Positions 1-9,382 of a DNA stretch of 64,000 nt are shown piece after piece (position 1 is the stretch's first letter; the number at the start of each line of letters is the position of its first letter). The stretch is from contig JAWAFI010000003.1 of NCBI GenBank assembly GCA_038890615.1, positions 1 to 64,000 on the forward strand, given 5' to 3'. The notes below the pieces were generated by a model. It was not told the DNA's origin and did no database searches. It saw only the letters and a program-made list of their open reading frames with translations. The translations under genes and the position numbers were made by a program. Source of the DNA: Candidatus Anstonellales archaeon. Its GTDB lineage: Archaea > Micrarchaeota > Micrarchaeia > Anstonellales > J096.

Positions 1-242
1 GAAGCACAAGGGCTCAGCAGTATGCTCCCTGAAAGCAAGAAAGGCCATACCTTCCTCTCTGCCTTCCTAAGCCAATTAATAAACCTGCCCCACCATTTTT
101 GCCCTGTTTTCCTATCATCTTGCCTTGAAGCCTCATATTGCCCTTCAAAAAGGGGGCTCTTTGCCTTGAACTTGCTGCTTCCCTCCTCAAGAACGATTGA
201 AGAAGCTGGCTTCCTCCCTTCTTCGCATTTTTGCTTGCCCAT
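1..242 (-). CDS. Hypothetical protein, N-terminal part (runs off window start)
   Basis: Manual translation from ATG at 242: MGKQKCEEGRKPASSIVLEEG...KWWGRFINWLRKAERKVWPFLLSGSILLSPCA, open to the window edge; AGGTGA SD-like motif upstream. Confidence 0.6.
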   Translation of the reverse strand, partial: MGKQKCEEGRKPASSIVLEEGSSKFKAKSPLFEGQYEASRQDDRKTGQKWWGRFINWLRKAERKVWPFLLSGSILLSPCA

Positions 243-428
243 TGAGCATCACCTGCTGGCTAGTATATACTTAAGAGGTTGTGAACATATAAAAAGCTTT
301 CCTTAACCAGCAAGCAACTTATTCAGGTTTAAGTGCTTTATATGCTATTGATTTTGTGGTGGGCTCGTTTTAGTTTGCTCTTGAGCTGGTTCTCCCTGCT
401 TTCTCTTTTGACTGGCTCATTATCTGCT

Positions 429-3341
429 TCATGGGGATTTAGGGGGATTGGTAATACTTATGAACTTCTGTAGATATCTAAGCTCATTTAGCCTTCTTTC
501 ATCCTCATCTAAAGGTTGGTTTCGTTTAAGTGCCTTTTCAAATTTCTTGAATTCTTCATTGCTGTTTTCCAATGAAATAATAGCTGCCTGGCCTTCATTA
601 GTATCTTTTGTAGATTCATAAAACGACTTAACGAGAACATCATTTTTACGTTCATTTACCTCATTCATAAATTTGACGGTCTGTTCTGGCCCCAATTTTT
701 CTAATAGATAATTCTCAGTTTTTCCTTTTTCCTCATTACTTATTTTCATAAATTCGTTGGCCTTTTGTTCCCCCAATTTTTCTTTTGCATATTCATAAGT
801 TTGTTTATTTAGCTCATTCATTAATTCGTTGGCCTTTTCTGGTCTTGCATGTTTTAAATTATCATAAATTCCTCTAAAATCTATTTGTTGATAAAGCGCA
901 TCTGCCACTGCTCCTACTTCTTCTAATAATCTATCTAAGTTGTTTCCTTCTCCTTTTCCAAAAAGTACTTCTTTAAATTCTTTACTTAAATTTAAACTTA
1001 TCTTAGAAGCATTTATTTCCATCATACTTTCAACTAGTGGAGCTAATTCTTTTTTGTTTTCTCCTTCTTTTTCTAGTAAATTCTGAACCTGGTCATCTCC
1101 AATAATCCCAAAGCTAACCAAAAGTGAAGTAAGAGCTACATTATCTTTGGTGGTTCCATTGATAAAGCCATAAACCTCGCCAGAAACCAAAGTGCTGGAA
1201 GGGTTTTTAAGAGCATCTATAAACTTGTCTTCATCAATTAATTTTCCAATACTACTTCTTTCAAGCGTTTTCTTCAATTTCTCTTCTTCATAATGAATCA
1301 TGTTCTGCACAAATTCTGATACGTCTGGTTGTCCCTTCAATGCGTTCATAGCTGCTTCTTTGTCTTTTTCAACATCTAATAACCCAATATAGGCCAACTT
1401 GTTTGCAGCAGCCTCTGCTCCTTTTGTTTCTGCAATTTCCTCTATGTAGTTGCCCAAAAGTGAATTATTGGAGTCAGCAATTACTTCACTATTTATTTTT
1501 TCGTTTAATTTGCTGAAAGCCTCCTTGTTTTGTATCTGATCTTCATGATTAAGTTTATTAATAAATTCTTTGTAAATTGTTTCGGCATCTGCATTATTTA
1601 CCCAATCTCCAAAAACATCATTAAGCAACTTCCTTCCTTCCTCAGTTTTCATAAAGTCCCCTATGGCTGCTTCTTTCTTGAGGTCGGTTATGTTTTTTGA
1701 ATGTTCAATAAAATCTTTAATTAGATTCTTGCTTTTTTCATCAAGGCCTTCAAATGCTTTAGCTGTTTGTTCTGAAAGCACCCCAACTAATTTCTCTGCT
1801 TCTTTCAGTGATTTTTCATCCCCCTTTTTCTTCAAATCCTCTATCTTTTGCTTAAGCTCTATTAATTTTATTACATTCGCTAAGGTTTGTGGATCTATTT
1901 TATCCAATCCTTCTGTGTCTGCTGACTTTACCTTTCCAAATGTTGCCCCTGCCCAGTTTCTCACAACCTTGGCATCGCTTTTAATTTTATCTAAATCAAG
2001 CCCAAGGCCTTCTGCAATAGTGCTTCCCAGCGCTTTGAAAAATGTTTTTGTTTTTTCCCCTTTCTTTACATTCGGGTCCATTGCAACTACGATAGCCCTT
2101 ACAATCCCAAACAACCCTAGGAAAATAGCCCCTAAGCCGCTAAGGGCCCCCCCACCTCCTCCTCCTAAAATACCTAATATCCCTTTCTCACCCATAAGAG
2201 GTTGGTTGGGTATTTGTGTGGTTTGGTCCTCTTTACCCTCACCTTTTGAGCCTATGCCTAAAATCTGCTTTCCGACTGCCTTGAAATCACCTTTTGCAAG
2301 GTTTTTTATTGCAGTGCCAAAATTTCTAATGCCAGTTGCAACTTGGGATTTTTTGCCTCCAACGAATGGTGCTGCATACGTTCCACTGAGCCCACCTTGC
2401 AATGCTGCTTTCCAAGTATCCTTGCTCTTAAATATATCCTTCACATATTGGCCTGTGAGCTTCTTTCCGCCCTTTCCTTTTTCATCTACTACTTTGCCAA
2501 TTCCTTTAATCGCCCCTTTAGCAAACCCTTCTATCTGGCCGGCTATATTGAAAGTAGGGATTACAATGCGCTTAGGGGTGTAAGTAAAATGCTTCTTCAG
2601 CTTCACTGTGCCAATGTCAAAGCCCATGAATGGATTCCTGCCAGCAGCAAAAAGCGCACCTCCAAGGAGCGCTCCTATTATGAAAAGGGGCAGGCAGAGC
2701 GTGCTCTGGAGGTTTGCAGGGAGCCCGGTGTTCCTAGGCTTGCATACAATGGTGCTTGAGGAAGAAGGCAGGGTTGTTGAGGGAAGGGGGCTTTGGCTTG
2801 TAGGATCGGTTTTTACAACGCTTTTGGCATCGCTTTTGTCTATGCCTGCTGCCTGGAGGCAGAGCTCAAAATCGCAGGAGCTCAAATGAGTTGGGCAATA
2901 TACAGCTTTGACATTAGCGCATTCCCCTTCTTCAAGCGATTGCCCAACACTGCTGCTTACATCAACCTCTACTCTTCCTTCTGCATCTGTAAGCGAAGGA
3001 GTTGCTGAAAGCAGTTCAGAGAAACCATCTGAATATGTGGCGTAAAAAACTATGGGGCCGTTTGATATGGGGTGCCTTCCTTCCTGGTCCTCCCAGTAAA
3101 GCTCTGCAAAAACCTTCATTTGTGATGAGTCCACCCATGATGAAGCAATCGTTGAGGTGTAGTTGCCGGTGTAATTCACAGAGCAAATATCACAGTCGTT
3201 TATGTCTACTTTTATTACCTTTATCCCCCCTACTGGCAGCATCATTGGCTCAAAGTCATCGTCTATCACTGGGGCGAATGAAGGAATCAGCAAAAGAGCT
3301 ATTATAAATGCGACGAAAGCCAACCCAAGCCCCCTTTTCAT
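429..3341 (-). CDS. Large membrane-anchored protein: signal peptide, Cys-containing Ig-like domain, TM helix, GRNPFMGFDI motif, Gly-rich hydrophobic segment, long helical charged tail
   Basis: Start placed at MKRGLGLAFVAFIIALLL (3341), a signal-peptide-like N-terminus; TM LCLPLFIIGALLGGALFAAG; shares motifs with 51585..56621. Confidence 0.75.
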   Translation of the reverse strand: MKRGLGLAFVAFIIALLLIPSFAPVIDDDFEPMMLPVGGIKVIKVDINDCDICSVNYTGNYTSTIASSWVDSSQMKVFAELYWEDQEGRHPISNGPIVFYATYSDGFSELLSATPSLTDAEGRVEVDVSSSVGQSLEEGECANVKAVYCPTHLSSCDFELCLQAAGIDKSDAKSVVKTDPTSQSPLPSTTLPSSSSTIVCKPRNTGLPANLQSTLCLPLFIIGALLGGALFAAGRNPFMGFDIGTVKLKKHFTYTPKRIVIPTFNIAGQIEGFAKGAIKGIGKVVDEKGKGGKKLTGQYVKDIFKSKDTWKAALQGGLSGTYAAPFVGGKKSQVATGIRNFGTAIKNLAKGDFKAVGKQILGIGSKGEGKEDQTTQIPNQPLMGEKGILGILGGGGGGALSGLGAIFLGLFGIVRAIVVAMDPNVKKGEKTKTFFKALGSTIAEGLGLDLDKIKSDAKVVRNWAGATFGKVKSADTEGLDKIDPQTLANVIKLIELKQKIEDLKKKGDEKSLKEAEKLVGVLSEQTAKAFEGLDEKSKNLIKDFIEHSKNITDLKKEAAIGDFMKTEEGRKLLNDVFGDWVNNADAETIYKEFINKLNHEDQIQNKEAFSKLNEKINSEVIADSNNSLLGNYIEEIAETKGAEAAANKLAYIGLLDVEKDKEAAMNALKGQPDVSEFVQNMIHYEEEKLKKTLERSSIGKLIDEDKFIDALKNPSSTLVSGEVYGFINGTTKDNVALTSLLVSFGIIGDDQVQNLLEKEGENKKELAPLVESMMEINASKISLNLSKEFKEVLFGKGEGNNLDRLLEEVGAVADALYQQIDFRGIYDNLKHARPEKANELMNELNKQTYEYAKEKLGEQKANEFMKISNEEKGKTENYLLEKLGPEQTVKFMNEVNERKNDVLVKSFYESTKDTNEGQAAIISLENSNEEFKKFEKALKRNQPLDEDERRLNELRYLQKFISITNPPKSP

Positions 3342-3392
3342 ATAAAAACTACCATTGTCAACCTTTATTATTCTTTCGCTTGTTATAAGAAC

Positions 3393-3869
3393 ATGGGATG
3401 GCATCCTCTTTTGCCCTTGCCATACGTAACAGTGAGCGAAGTAGAGGCATTGTTGGAGCAGCTCAGCGGATGGGGCGGCAGCATAAGACTTATAGAGCTT
3501 GCAAGCGAGCTTGGCATGGAGATAGACGAGCTTAACGAAGTAATAGACATGAGCGAAATCCTTAAGTTTGTGAAGGTGGAGAAAGGGGTTGTTACGCTTA
3601 CAGGCACTGGGAAGAGGATAGTAGAAAGCGATGACAAGGAAAGGAAGGCATTGATAAAGAAGCGCATTTCAGCCCTTGAGCCATTCAGGTCTGTTTACAA
3701 CTATATAAAGAAAAACCCTGACATAAGCAAGGCAGAGCTCCTTGATTTCCTAAAGCAGAAGTATGCTGCAAGCGACCAGAGGACCCTGCTTAAATTCCTT
3801 TTCAACTGGATGATTTACTGCGATATGCTAACCTATGACATAGAAACAGACAGCTTCAAGATATGCTAA
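3393..3869 (+). CDS. Stand-alone AAA-associated C-terminal (wHTH-like) domain of NitT/TauT ABC ATPases
   Basis: LPYVTVSEVEALLEQL...LASELGMEIDEL...EILKFVKVEKGVVTLTGTGKRIVESD...EPF...NWMIYCDMLTYD pattern; abuts the ABC ATPase. Confidence 0.7.
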   Translation: MGWHPLLPLPYVTVSEVEALLEQLSGWGGSIRLIELASELGMEIDELNEVIDMSEILKFVKVEKGVVTLTGTGKRIVESDDKERKALIKKRISALEPFRSVYNYIKKNPDISKAELLDFLKQKYAASDQRTLLKFLFNWMIYCDMLTYDIETDSFKIC

Positions 3870-4615
3870 GAAGTCATTATTGAGGTAAAGAAGTCCACAA
3901 GCTGCCTGAAATCTCTTTTCTTTCTGTCCCTCTTGGTCAGCGGCATCTCTATCTTAGTGTCTGTCTTTATCATGCCTGGCCTGTTTGAAAGCACTATTAC
4001 CCTTGTTGCAAGCATTACTGCTTCTTCAACATCATGGGTAAGCATTATTATAGAATCAGGCGGCGCAGTAGGGTTCTGCATTATCTCCTTCATCTGCTCT
4101 TCAAGGTAAATGCGTGTCAGCCTGTCCAAGCTGCTGAACGGCTCGTCCATTATTAGTATGCGCGGGTCTGAAGCCAATGCCCTCGCCAATCCAACCCTCT
4201 GCCTCATGCTTCCGCTCAATTCATCAGGGTAGTGGTCTTCAAAGCCATCAAGCCCGACCATGTTTAGGAAATGCAGGGCTATCTTCTTTTTCTGTATTTC
4301 TGGCTTTCCCATAAGGGCAAGCTCAATATTCTCAAGCGCTGTCTTCCAGGGGAGGAGGCCGAATGACTGGAAAACGACTGATATCTTTTCTGTCGGCTGA
4401 TTCACCTCAAGGCCGTCTAGTATTACTTTTCCAGAAGCTGGCTTCTCAAGCCCAGCGATTATCCTGCCAAGGGTTGTCTTCCCGCTGCCGCTTGGGCCGA
4501 CTACTGCAACAAATTCGTTGCTTCCAACAGTGAAAGACACATCTTTCAATATTTCTACAGTATGGCTTTTCACCGTAACTTTTTGGGATACATTGTCAAC
4601 TATTAGCTGCGTCAT
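3866..4615 (-). CDS. NitT/TauT-family ABC transporter ATP-binding protein
   Basis: Walker A GPSGSGKT, VFQSFGLLPWKT, signature LSGSMRQRV, Walker B ILIMDEPF, H-loop THD. Confidence 0.92.
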   Translation of the reverse strand: MTQLIVDNVSQKVTVKSHTVEILKDVSFTVGSNEFVAVVGPSGSGKTTLGRIIAGLEKPASGKVILDGLEVNQPTEKISVVFQSFGLLPWKTALENIELALMGKPEIQKKKIALHFLNMVGLDGFEDHYPDELSGSMRQRVGLARALASDPRILIMDEPFSSLDRLTRIYLEEQMKEIMQNPTAPPDSIIMLTHDVEEAVMLATRVIVLSNRPGMIKTDTKIEMPLTKRDRKKRDFRQLVDFFTSIMTS

Positions 4616-6186
4616 TTATTCTCCTCCTTTGCTCTCCTTAGCTTGTTTATTAATGTCTGCCATATAAAAACGTTGCTGAATGTAACAAGCAGCACCATTG
4701 CCAATGTTACTGCTATTATGCCATAAACATCCCCTTTAAGGGCAAGGAGGTTAAGAAGGCTTCCAAGCCCAAGCACATAGTGGGGCTGGCCATCATAGAA
4801 TATATATTCGCTTACTATTGTGGCATTCCACCCCCCTCCAATCGCCTCTATGCTTGCAAACAGGGCAGGGCCTGCAAGATATGGCAGGTATACATGGTTT
4901 ATCCTGTCAAGCGTCTTCTGTGCGAAAAGCCTCCCTACATCGTCGTATTCTTGCGGTATGCTGCTGACTGCCCTAAGCATGTTGAATATAAGGTACCACT
5001 GCATTCCTGTCATAAGCAGGATTATTGCAGCAAGCTCAAGGCCTATATCGCCAAATATGTTTATGGTTATGAGCGCAACCAATGGGAAGATTGAAACAGC
5101 AGGCACTGACTGCAAAACATTGAATATCGGCGTCAGCTTGTCTATCAAGTGCCTCTTCTCAATCAAGTAAAGGGCTGCTGCTGTTGTCCAGAAAATAGAT
5201 ATTAGGTAAGCGGCGAATATTCTAAGGGAGGTTAAGAAAGAGGCAGTTAAGAGAGTATGGGCATCATAAAAACCTAAGTAAAGGAATATGCCAAGCAATA
5301 TAAAGAGCGAAATGGGCAAATACGCTGGAGTTATCCTCTCAATTGCCTTTACATGGGCAGGCTTTAAATGCTTGTCAAGAAAATTTGATGCCCCGCTTAG
5401 CATTATTATTCTTTCGCAAATAGCCAAGAAGTAAGAGCTCATATCAACAATCAATTCAAAAATATCATCTGTCCTCTTGTTCAAGCCATTTAGCAGCCTG
5501 TTCCATACTTGCGTTTGGATAATCGTTACAAGAGCTATGAAAAAGAAGAGCGCAATTCCCATCTCAAGGTACTTCATCTCTGATATCGCCTGAAGCATAT
5601 ATGATCCAATGCCAGGAAGCACAAATGTCTGGGTGCCAAATGAAAGGTATTCTGCAGCTATTACAAAATACCAGCCACCCCCTACAGATGTTATGCTTGC
5701 AGAGACAAGCGCTTGGGCTGATGATGGGAGCACTATGTGCTTTATGTAAGAAAACCCTTTCAGGGAATAAAGCGATGCTACATCAATAATATCCTTCCCT
5801 ATCTTGTTTATGCCTTCAACAAAAGCATAGATTATCGCCCATAGCATAGAGGTCATCAAGAGAAAGATTGAAACTATCTCTACATTAATCTCTCCAAAGG
5901 GGAAATAGTTTATAACAATTAGGAAGGCAAATGGCATAAATGTCAGTATAGGGAGGGATTGGCCTATGTCAATAATAGGGAAAAGGAACTTTTTTGCCCT
6001 TTTGCTATGGGTTATTAAGAGTGCAACAGGAAGCGCCACTATTACACAGAAAAAATAAGCCAATGATATTCTTACAAAGCTCCTAAAAAGGAAATATAAA
6101 ATAGAGTCTGTTTCGCTCCCTATAAGGATGTGGGATATACCAATGAATATAAGAAAAAGCAGAGCTAGCTTCCTCAAAGAGAGCAT
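4612..6186 (-). CDS. NitT/TauT-family ABC transporter permease with two fused TM domains
   Basis: Two repeated hydrophobic units (QSLPILTF/QSVPAVSI; GGGWYFVIAAEY/GGGWNATIVSEY); ATGA-type overlap with the ATPase. Confidence 0.88.
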   Translation of the reverse strand: MLSLRKLALLFLIFIGISHILIGSETDSILYFLFRSFVRISLAYFFCVIVALPVALLITHSKRAKKFLFPIIDIGQSLPILTFMPFAFLIVINYFPFGEINVEIVSIFLLMTSMLWAIIYAFVEGINKIGKDIIDVASLYSLKGFSYIKHIVLPSSAQALVSASITSVGGGWYFVIAAEYLSFGTQTFVLPGIGSYMLQAISEMKYLEMGIALFFFIALVTIIQTQVWNRLLNGLNKRTDDIFELIVDMSSYFLAICERIIMLSGASNFLDKHLKPAHVKAIERITPAYLPISLFILLGIFLYLGFYDAHTLLTASFLTSLRIFAAYLISIFWTTAAALYLIEKRHLIDKLTPIFNVLQSVPAVSIFPLVALITINIFGDIGLELAAIILLMTGMQWYLIFNMLRAVSSIPQEYDDVGRLFAQKTLDRINHVYLPYLAGPALFASIEAIGGGWNATIVSEYIFYDGQPHYVLGLGSLLNLLALKGDVYGIIAVTLAMVLLVTFSNVFIWQTLINKLRRAKEENK

Positions 6187-6268
6187 AATAGATATTAAAG
6201 GGAATTCTTAAATATCTTATGCTCCCTTATGTTTTTTAAACCCTGCATCAAAATACCAATAGGTAACA

Positions 6269-7435
6269 ATGTCCGATATATGGAATGATGCAGGCAATGT
6301 TCTGCTTGCCCACGAAGATTATGAAGGCGCTTCGCAGGCGTTCAGCATTGCAGCCTACAATGAAAGTAGGCCCGATTACTATTTCAATATGGCTATTTCT
6401 TATTACCTTCTTTCCAAGAGATTGGTAGAAGGCAAGGATGCATATTTAAGGAAAGTGGTTGATGCCATAGAAACCGCAAGGGCACTGTCCAAGGAGAAGG
6501 TCAAGAAATTTGACTACCTGCTTGCCCTATCTTATTTTGAGCTCGGCAAGTTATCAGCCGCAAAAAGCATAATTGAGGGCGCTTACGAAAATGATGATTC
6601 CAGCATATGCCTGCTAGGGGTTGACACGATACACTACATAGAGGAGCTTAAGCAGATGGAGGTCAAGCATGACAGCGGGTATTTCGTGCTCATAGGGGAC
6701 CCTGACCTTTATGACATATACAACATAGTGCTTAGAGTACCGTTTGAAAGGGCAGAATATGATTCGCTCAAGGCAAAGTACAACACAACCAAGGAAGAGG
6801 AGCTTGTTGCCCACAAGCTGAATGAGCTCTACAACAAGATGTTCTCTGATATTGGGGATTCTTATGGGATAATGGAAGACAACCAGAAGCTTGAAGGCAT
6901 AATAGTCCTTTTTGTCAAGGGAGACAATACCAAGGCATGGGAATTGGTGAGGGATGCATGCTCTGGCGATAGCCTTGATCTGGATAAGCTTCCGCCATAC
7001 ACAAGATCCCTCATCCAGAAGTTCAGGTCGCTTAAGGAAGAGAGCAAGGAAAGCGAGATAATACGCATTGAAAAGGCAAGGATAAAAGCGCTATCAGACG
7101 CTGAAGAAATGGTTGAGCGTGGGGATATTGGGGAAGCGTTTGCAAAGCTTAAGGCAGTGGGCTTTGCATCCCTTAAAGGCGGGGAATACTGGCTGTCGCA
7201 AGAATTCAAGGAAGCAGAGGTGATACAAAGGCTTTTCAATTCAAGCCCTGAAAAGGCAAGGCAGCTCCTAAAGGGTGCGCTCATAAGGAAAAAAATAGTG
7301 CTTATGAAAAAGGTAGCAAAGATGCTTAAGCTCATCCACGGGAGTGATGCAAGGAGGAGATTTGATGATATGCGGGAAGAAATAAGCGCTAGCGAAGCAG
7401 AGGTTGCTGCAATAATTTCAGAGGTCTTCACATGA
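6269..7435 (+). CDS. Hypothetical protein with N-terminal TPR-like repeats
   Basis: WNDAGNVLLAHEDYEGASQAF, YYFNMAISYY and YLLALSYFELGKLSAA resemble TPR helices. Confidence 0.6.
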   Translation: MSDIWNDAGNVLLAHEDYEGASQAFSIAAYNESRPDYYFNMAISYYLLSKRLVEGKDAYLRKVVDAIETARALSKEKVKKFDYLLALSYFELGKLSAAKSIIEGAYENDDSSICLLGVDTIHYIEELKQMEVKHDSGYFVLIGDPDLYDIYNIVLRVPFERAEYDSLKAKYNTTKEEELVAHKLNELYNKMFSDIGDSYGIMEDNQKLEGIIVLFVKGDNTKAWELVRDACSGDSLDLDKLPPYTRSLIQKFRSLKEESKESEIIRIEKARIKALSDAEEMVERGDIGEAFAKLKAVGFASLKGGEYWLSQEFKEAEVIQRLFNSSPEKARQLLKGALIRKKIVLMKKVAKMLKLIHGSDARRRFDDMREEISASEAEVAAIISEVFT

Positions 7436-8028
7436 TTGGCAAGATGCTAAGGCAGAAGGTTACAGAGGCCCTTTTCTTCCCAGTAGCAAGGTTTTTCACC
7501 TTTCTTACCCCTAACCAAGTAACAGCTCTCACCTATCCTATTGTATTTATAGCCCTCTATTTCATAATTGCAAATGATTTCCTGCTTGCTTTTGTTTTCA
7601 TACTCCTAAGCTCATTTATTGACAATTTGGACGGTGCAGTTGCAAAACTTACAAAAAGGCAGAGCGCGGTTGGCTCTTTCTTTGATGCTTTTACTGACAG
7701 GATGCAGGAGCTAATAATACTTGCAGGATTTGCCTACATTGGCTATTCTTTTGAAGCCTTTCTTGCCATCTCTGGAAGCTTCCTTATATCTTATGCAAAG
7801 GCAAGGGCAGAGATGGTTAAGCCATTGGGCAATCCTGATTGGCCAAGCATAGGGGAAAGGGCAGAGAGGCTTTTGCTAGTTATGGCAGGCACTTTGACTG
7901 CTGCCTTCTACCCCCAGCTATGGGGCTATCAAACAATCTCTCTTATGCTTTATGCATTGGCCCTGACGACTTTTATAGGGGCTTTTCAGAGATTCCTTTT
8001 TGCCCTAAAAATCCTTGGGCGCCCATAG
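7432..8028 (+). CDS. CDP-alcohol phosphatidyltransferase (archaetidylinositol-phosphate synthase-like)
   Basis: TPNQVT and signature DNLDGAVAK...GSFFDAFTDR; ISYAKARAE, GERAER. Confidence 0.9.
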   Translation: MIGKMLRQKVTEALFFPVARFFTFLTPNQVTALTYPIVFIALYFIIANDFLLAFVFILLSSFIDNLDGAVAKLTKRQSAVGSFFDAFTDRMQELIILAGFAYIGYSFEAFLAISGSFLISYAKARAEMVKPLGNPDWPSIGERAERLLLVMAGTLTAAFYPQLWGYQTISLMLYALALTTFIGAFQRFLFALKILGRP

Positions 8029-8649
8029 CCCAAAGCACTTAAAAAGCTTAATGAAGTTTGCACTTCCCCTTACGAGAATTGGATTATGGGGGGTTCCGTA
8101 TAGTCTTACTTTCTTTAGGGCTCTCATAAGCTTCTTAGGCTCAAGCTCATCCAAGTCAACTTCATTCCAAACCTTTCCAAACTCAAACTCATAGTGGGTA
8201 TCTGAGCCAGCAACCCCTATCTTCTTTTTTTCCTTTGCGAATTCCTTTGCCTTTTCATTGTGCTCCTGCAGGCACCTTGCGTTAAGCGCTTCTATTAGGT
8301 CAGCATGCTGTGCTATTTCTCCTATTGCGCTCCTTGTGAAATCATACATATGAGGCGCTAGTGATATTCCTCCTTGCTCCTTTATTAGGTCAATGGCTTC
8401 AAAGAACTCTGTCTTCCTTGGTATCTCCTCGTTTATGAAGAGCCCTATCAAGTCGCCCCTATCTGTAGTTATCTCTTCCCCAGGTATGAATTCAAGGCCC
8501 AGCTTCCTCAACGGCTTGTGAGCTTTGATAGTATTGTGGTCTGTTATTGCAGGCACTATCCCTTTCTCCTTGGATATCTTTGCTATCTTCTCATATGTTA
8601 TAATCCCATCTCTGGAAGCATAAGTATGCACATGGAAGTCAATCTTCAT
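8005..8649 (-). CDS. PHP-domain metal-dependent phosphoesterase
   Basis: DFHVHT, ITDHN, GEEI, APH, GSDTH motifs. Confidence 0.9.
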   Translation of the reverse strand: MKIDFHVHTYASRDGIITYEKIAKISKEKGIVPAITDHNTIKAHKPLRKLGLEFIPGEEITTDRGDLIGLFINEEIPRKTEFFEAIDLIKEQGGISLAPHMYDFTRSAIGEIAQHADLIEALNARCLQEHNEKAKEFAKEKKKIGVAGSDTHYEFEFGKVWNEVDLDELEPKKLMRALKKVRLYGTPHNPILVRGSANFIKLFKCFGLWAPKDF

Positions 8650-8679
8650 GCTTTTTAATCACCTCTTCTTATTAAAAGC

Positions 8680-9294
8680 ATGCGCTGCTGCATCTGCGGC
8701 TCTGAAAGCAGTGAAAAGCCGTTTGTTGGCCCTATATGCATAGACTGCTACAAGCCAAGGGTAAAAAAGGCGGAAGCACAGATGACTGCCTGCAGCACCT
8801 GCGGGAGGGTGAGGACAAAGGATGGATGGGTGGGGCTTTCAAAAGAGGAAATTGCTGAACTGCTCAAGAAAGCCATAAAGGCTGAAGGCGAGGTTGTTTC
8901 ATTGGACATTGAGGCAGGGGAGGCAGAGGTAGAGGTTGAAACAGATAGAGGGAAGGCAAGGAAAAAAATACCAGCAAGCATAAGCATCTCAAAAGGGCAG
9001 TGCGTATTCTGCACAAGGAAATCGTCTGGCTATTTCACATCAATAGTCCAGCTGAGGGGGCCGCCAAGCAAGGTTGAGAAGGCGAAGAGGGTATTTATAC
9101 ATAGTGCCAGGAAATACCTTGTCAAGGAAGAAGAGCAGAAAACAGGGGTTGACCTTTATTTCTCAGAAACAGAAAAGGTAAGGGAGATTATTAAGGAGCA
9201 TGGCTACCCATTGGTATCAAGCCCTAAGTTGGCAGGCAGGAAGGCAGGCAAGGCCCTTTTCAGGATTACTTTTTTGGTTCGTCTTGGCGATTAA
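8680..9294 (+). CDS. NMD3-family ribosome-associated protein (short archaeal form)
   Basis: Four CxxC pairs; CVFCTRKSSGYFTSIVQLRG; GVDLYF; RITFLVRL. Confidence 0.85.
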   Translation: MRCCICGSESSEKPFVGPICIDCYKPRVKKAEAQMTACSTCGRVRTKDGWVGLSKEEIAELLKKAIKAEGEVVSLDIEAGEAEVEVETDRGKARKKIPASISISKGQCVFCTRKSSGYFTSIVQLRGPPSKVEKAKRVFIHSARKYLVKEEEQKTGVDLYFSETEKVREIIKEHGYPLVSSPKLAGRKAGKALFRITFLVRLGD

Positions 9295-9382
9295 GGATTT
9301 CAGTTGGTATAATTTAAAAGAAAATTTAAGGATGGTTAGGCAACAGTGGCTAAGCAAACTTTTTTATATATTTGCAGTGTAA

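Noticed and set aside
22..306. 94-aa plus-strand ORF
   Set aside because: Antisense shadow of the more plausible minus-strand gene starting at 242, which has an SD motif
300..428. Possible frameshifted extension of the 970-aa protein
   Set aside because: Alternative frames give only short low-complexity peptides; no motif to choose among them
1663..2583. Long antisense ORFs (also 15253..16209, 57360..58076, 59400..60158 and many shorter ones)
   Set aside because: They lie opposite well-supported genes and are Ser/Phe/Leu-rich mirror translations caused by codon bias
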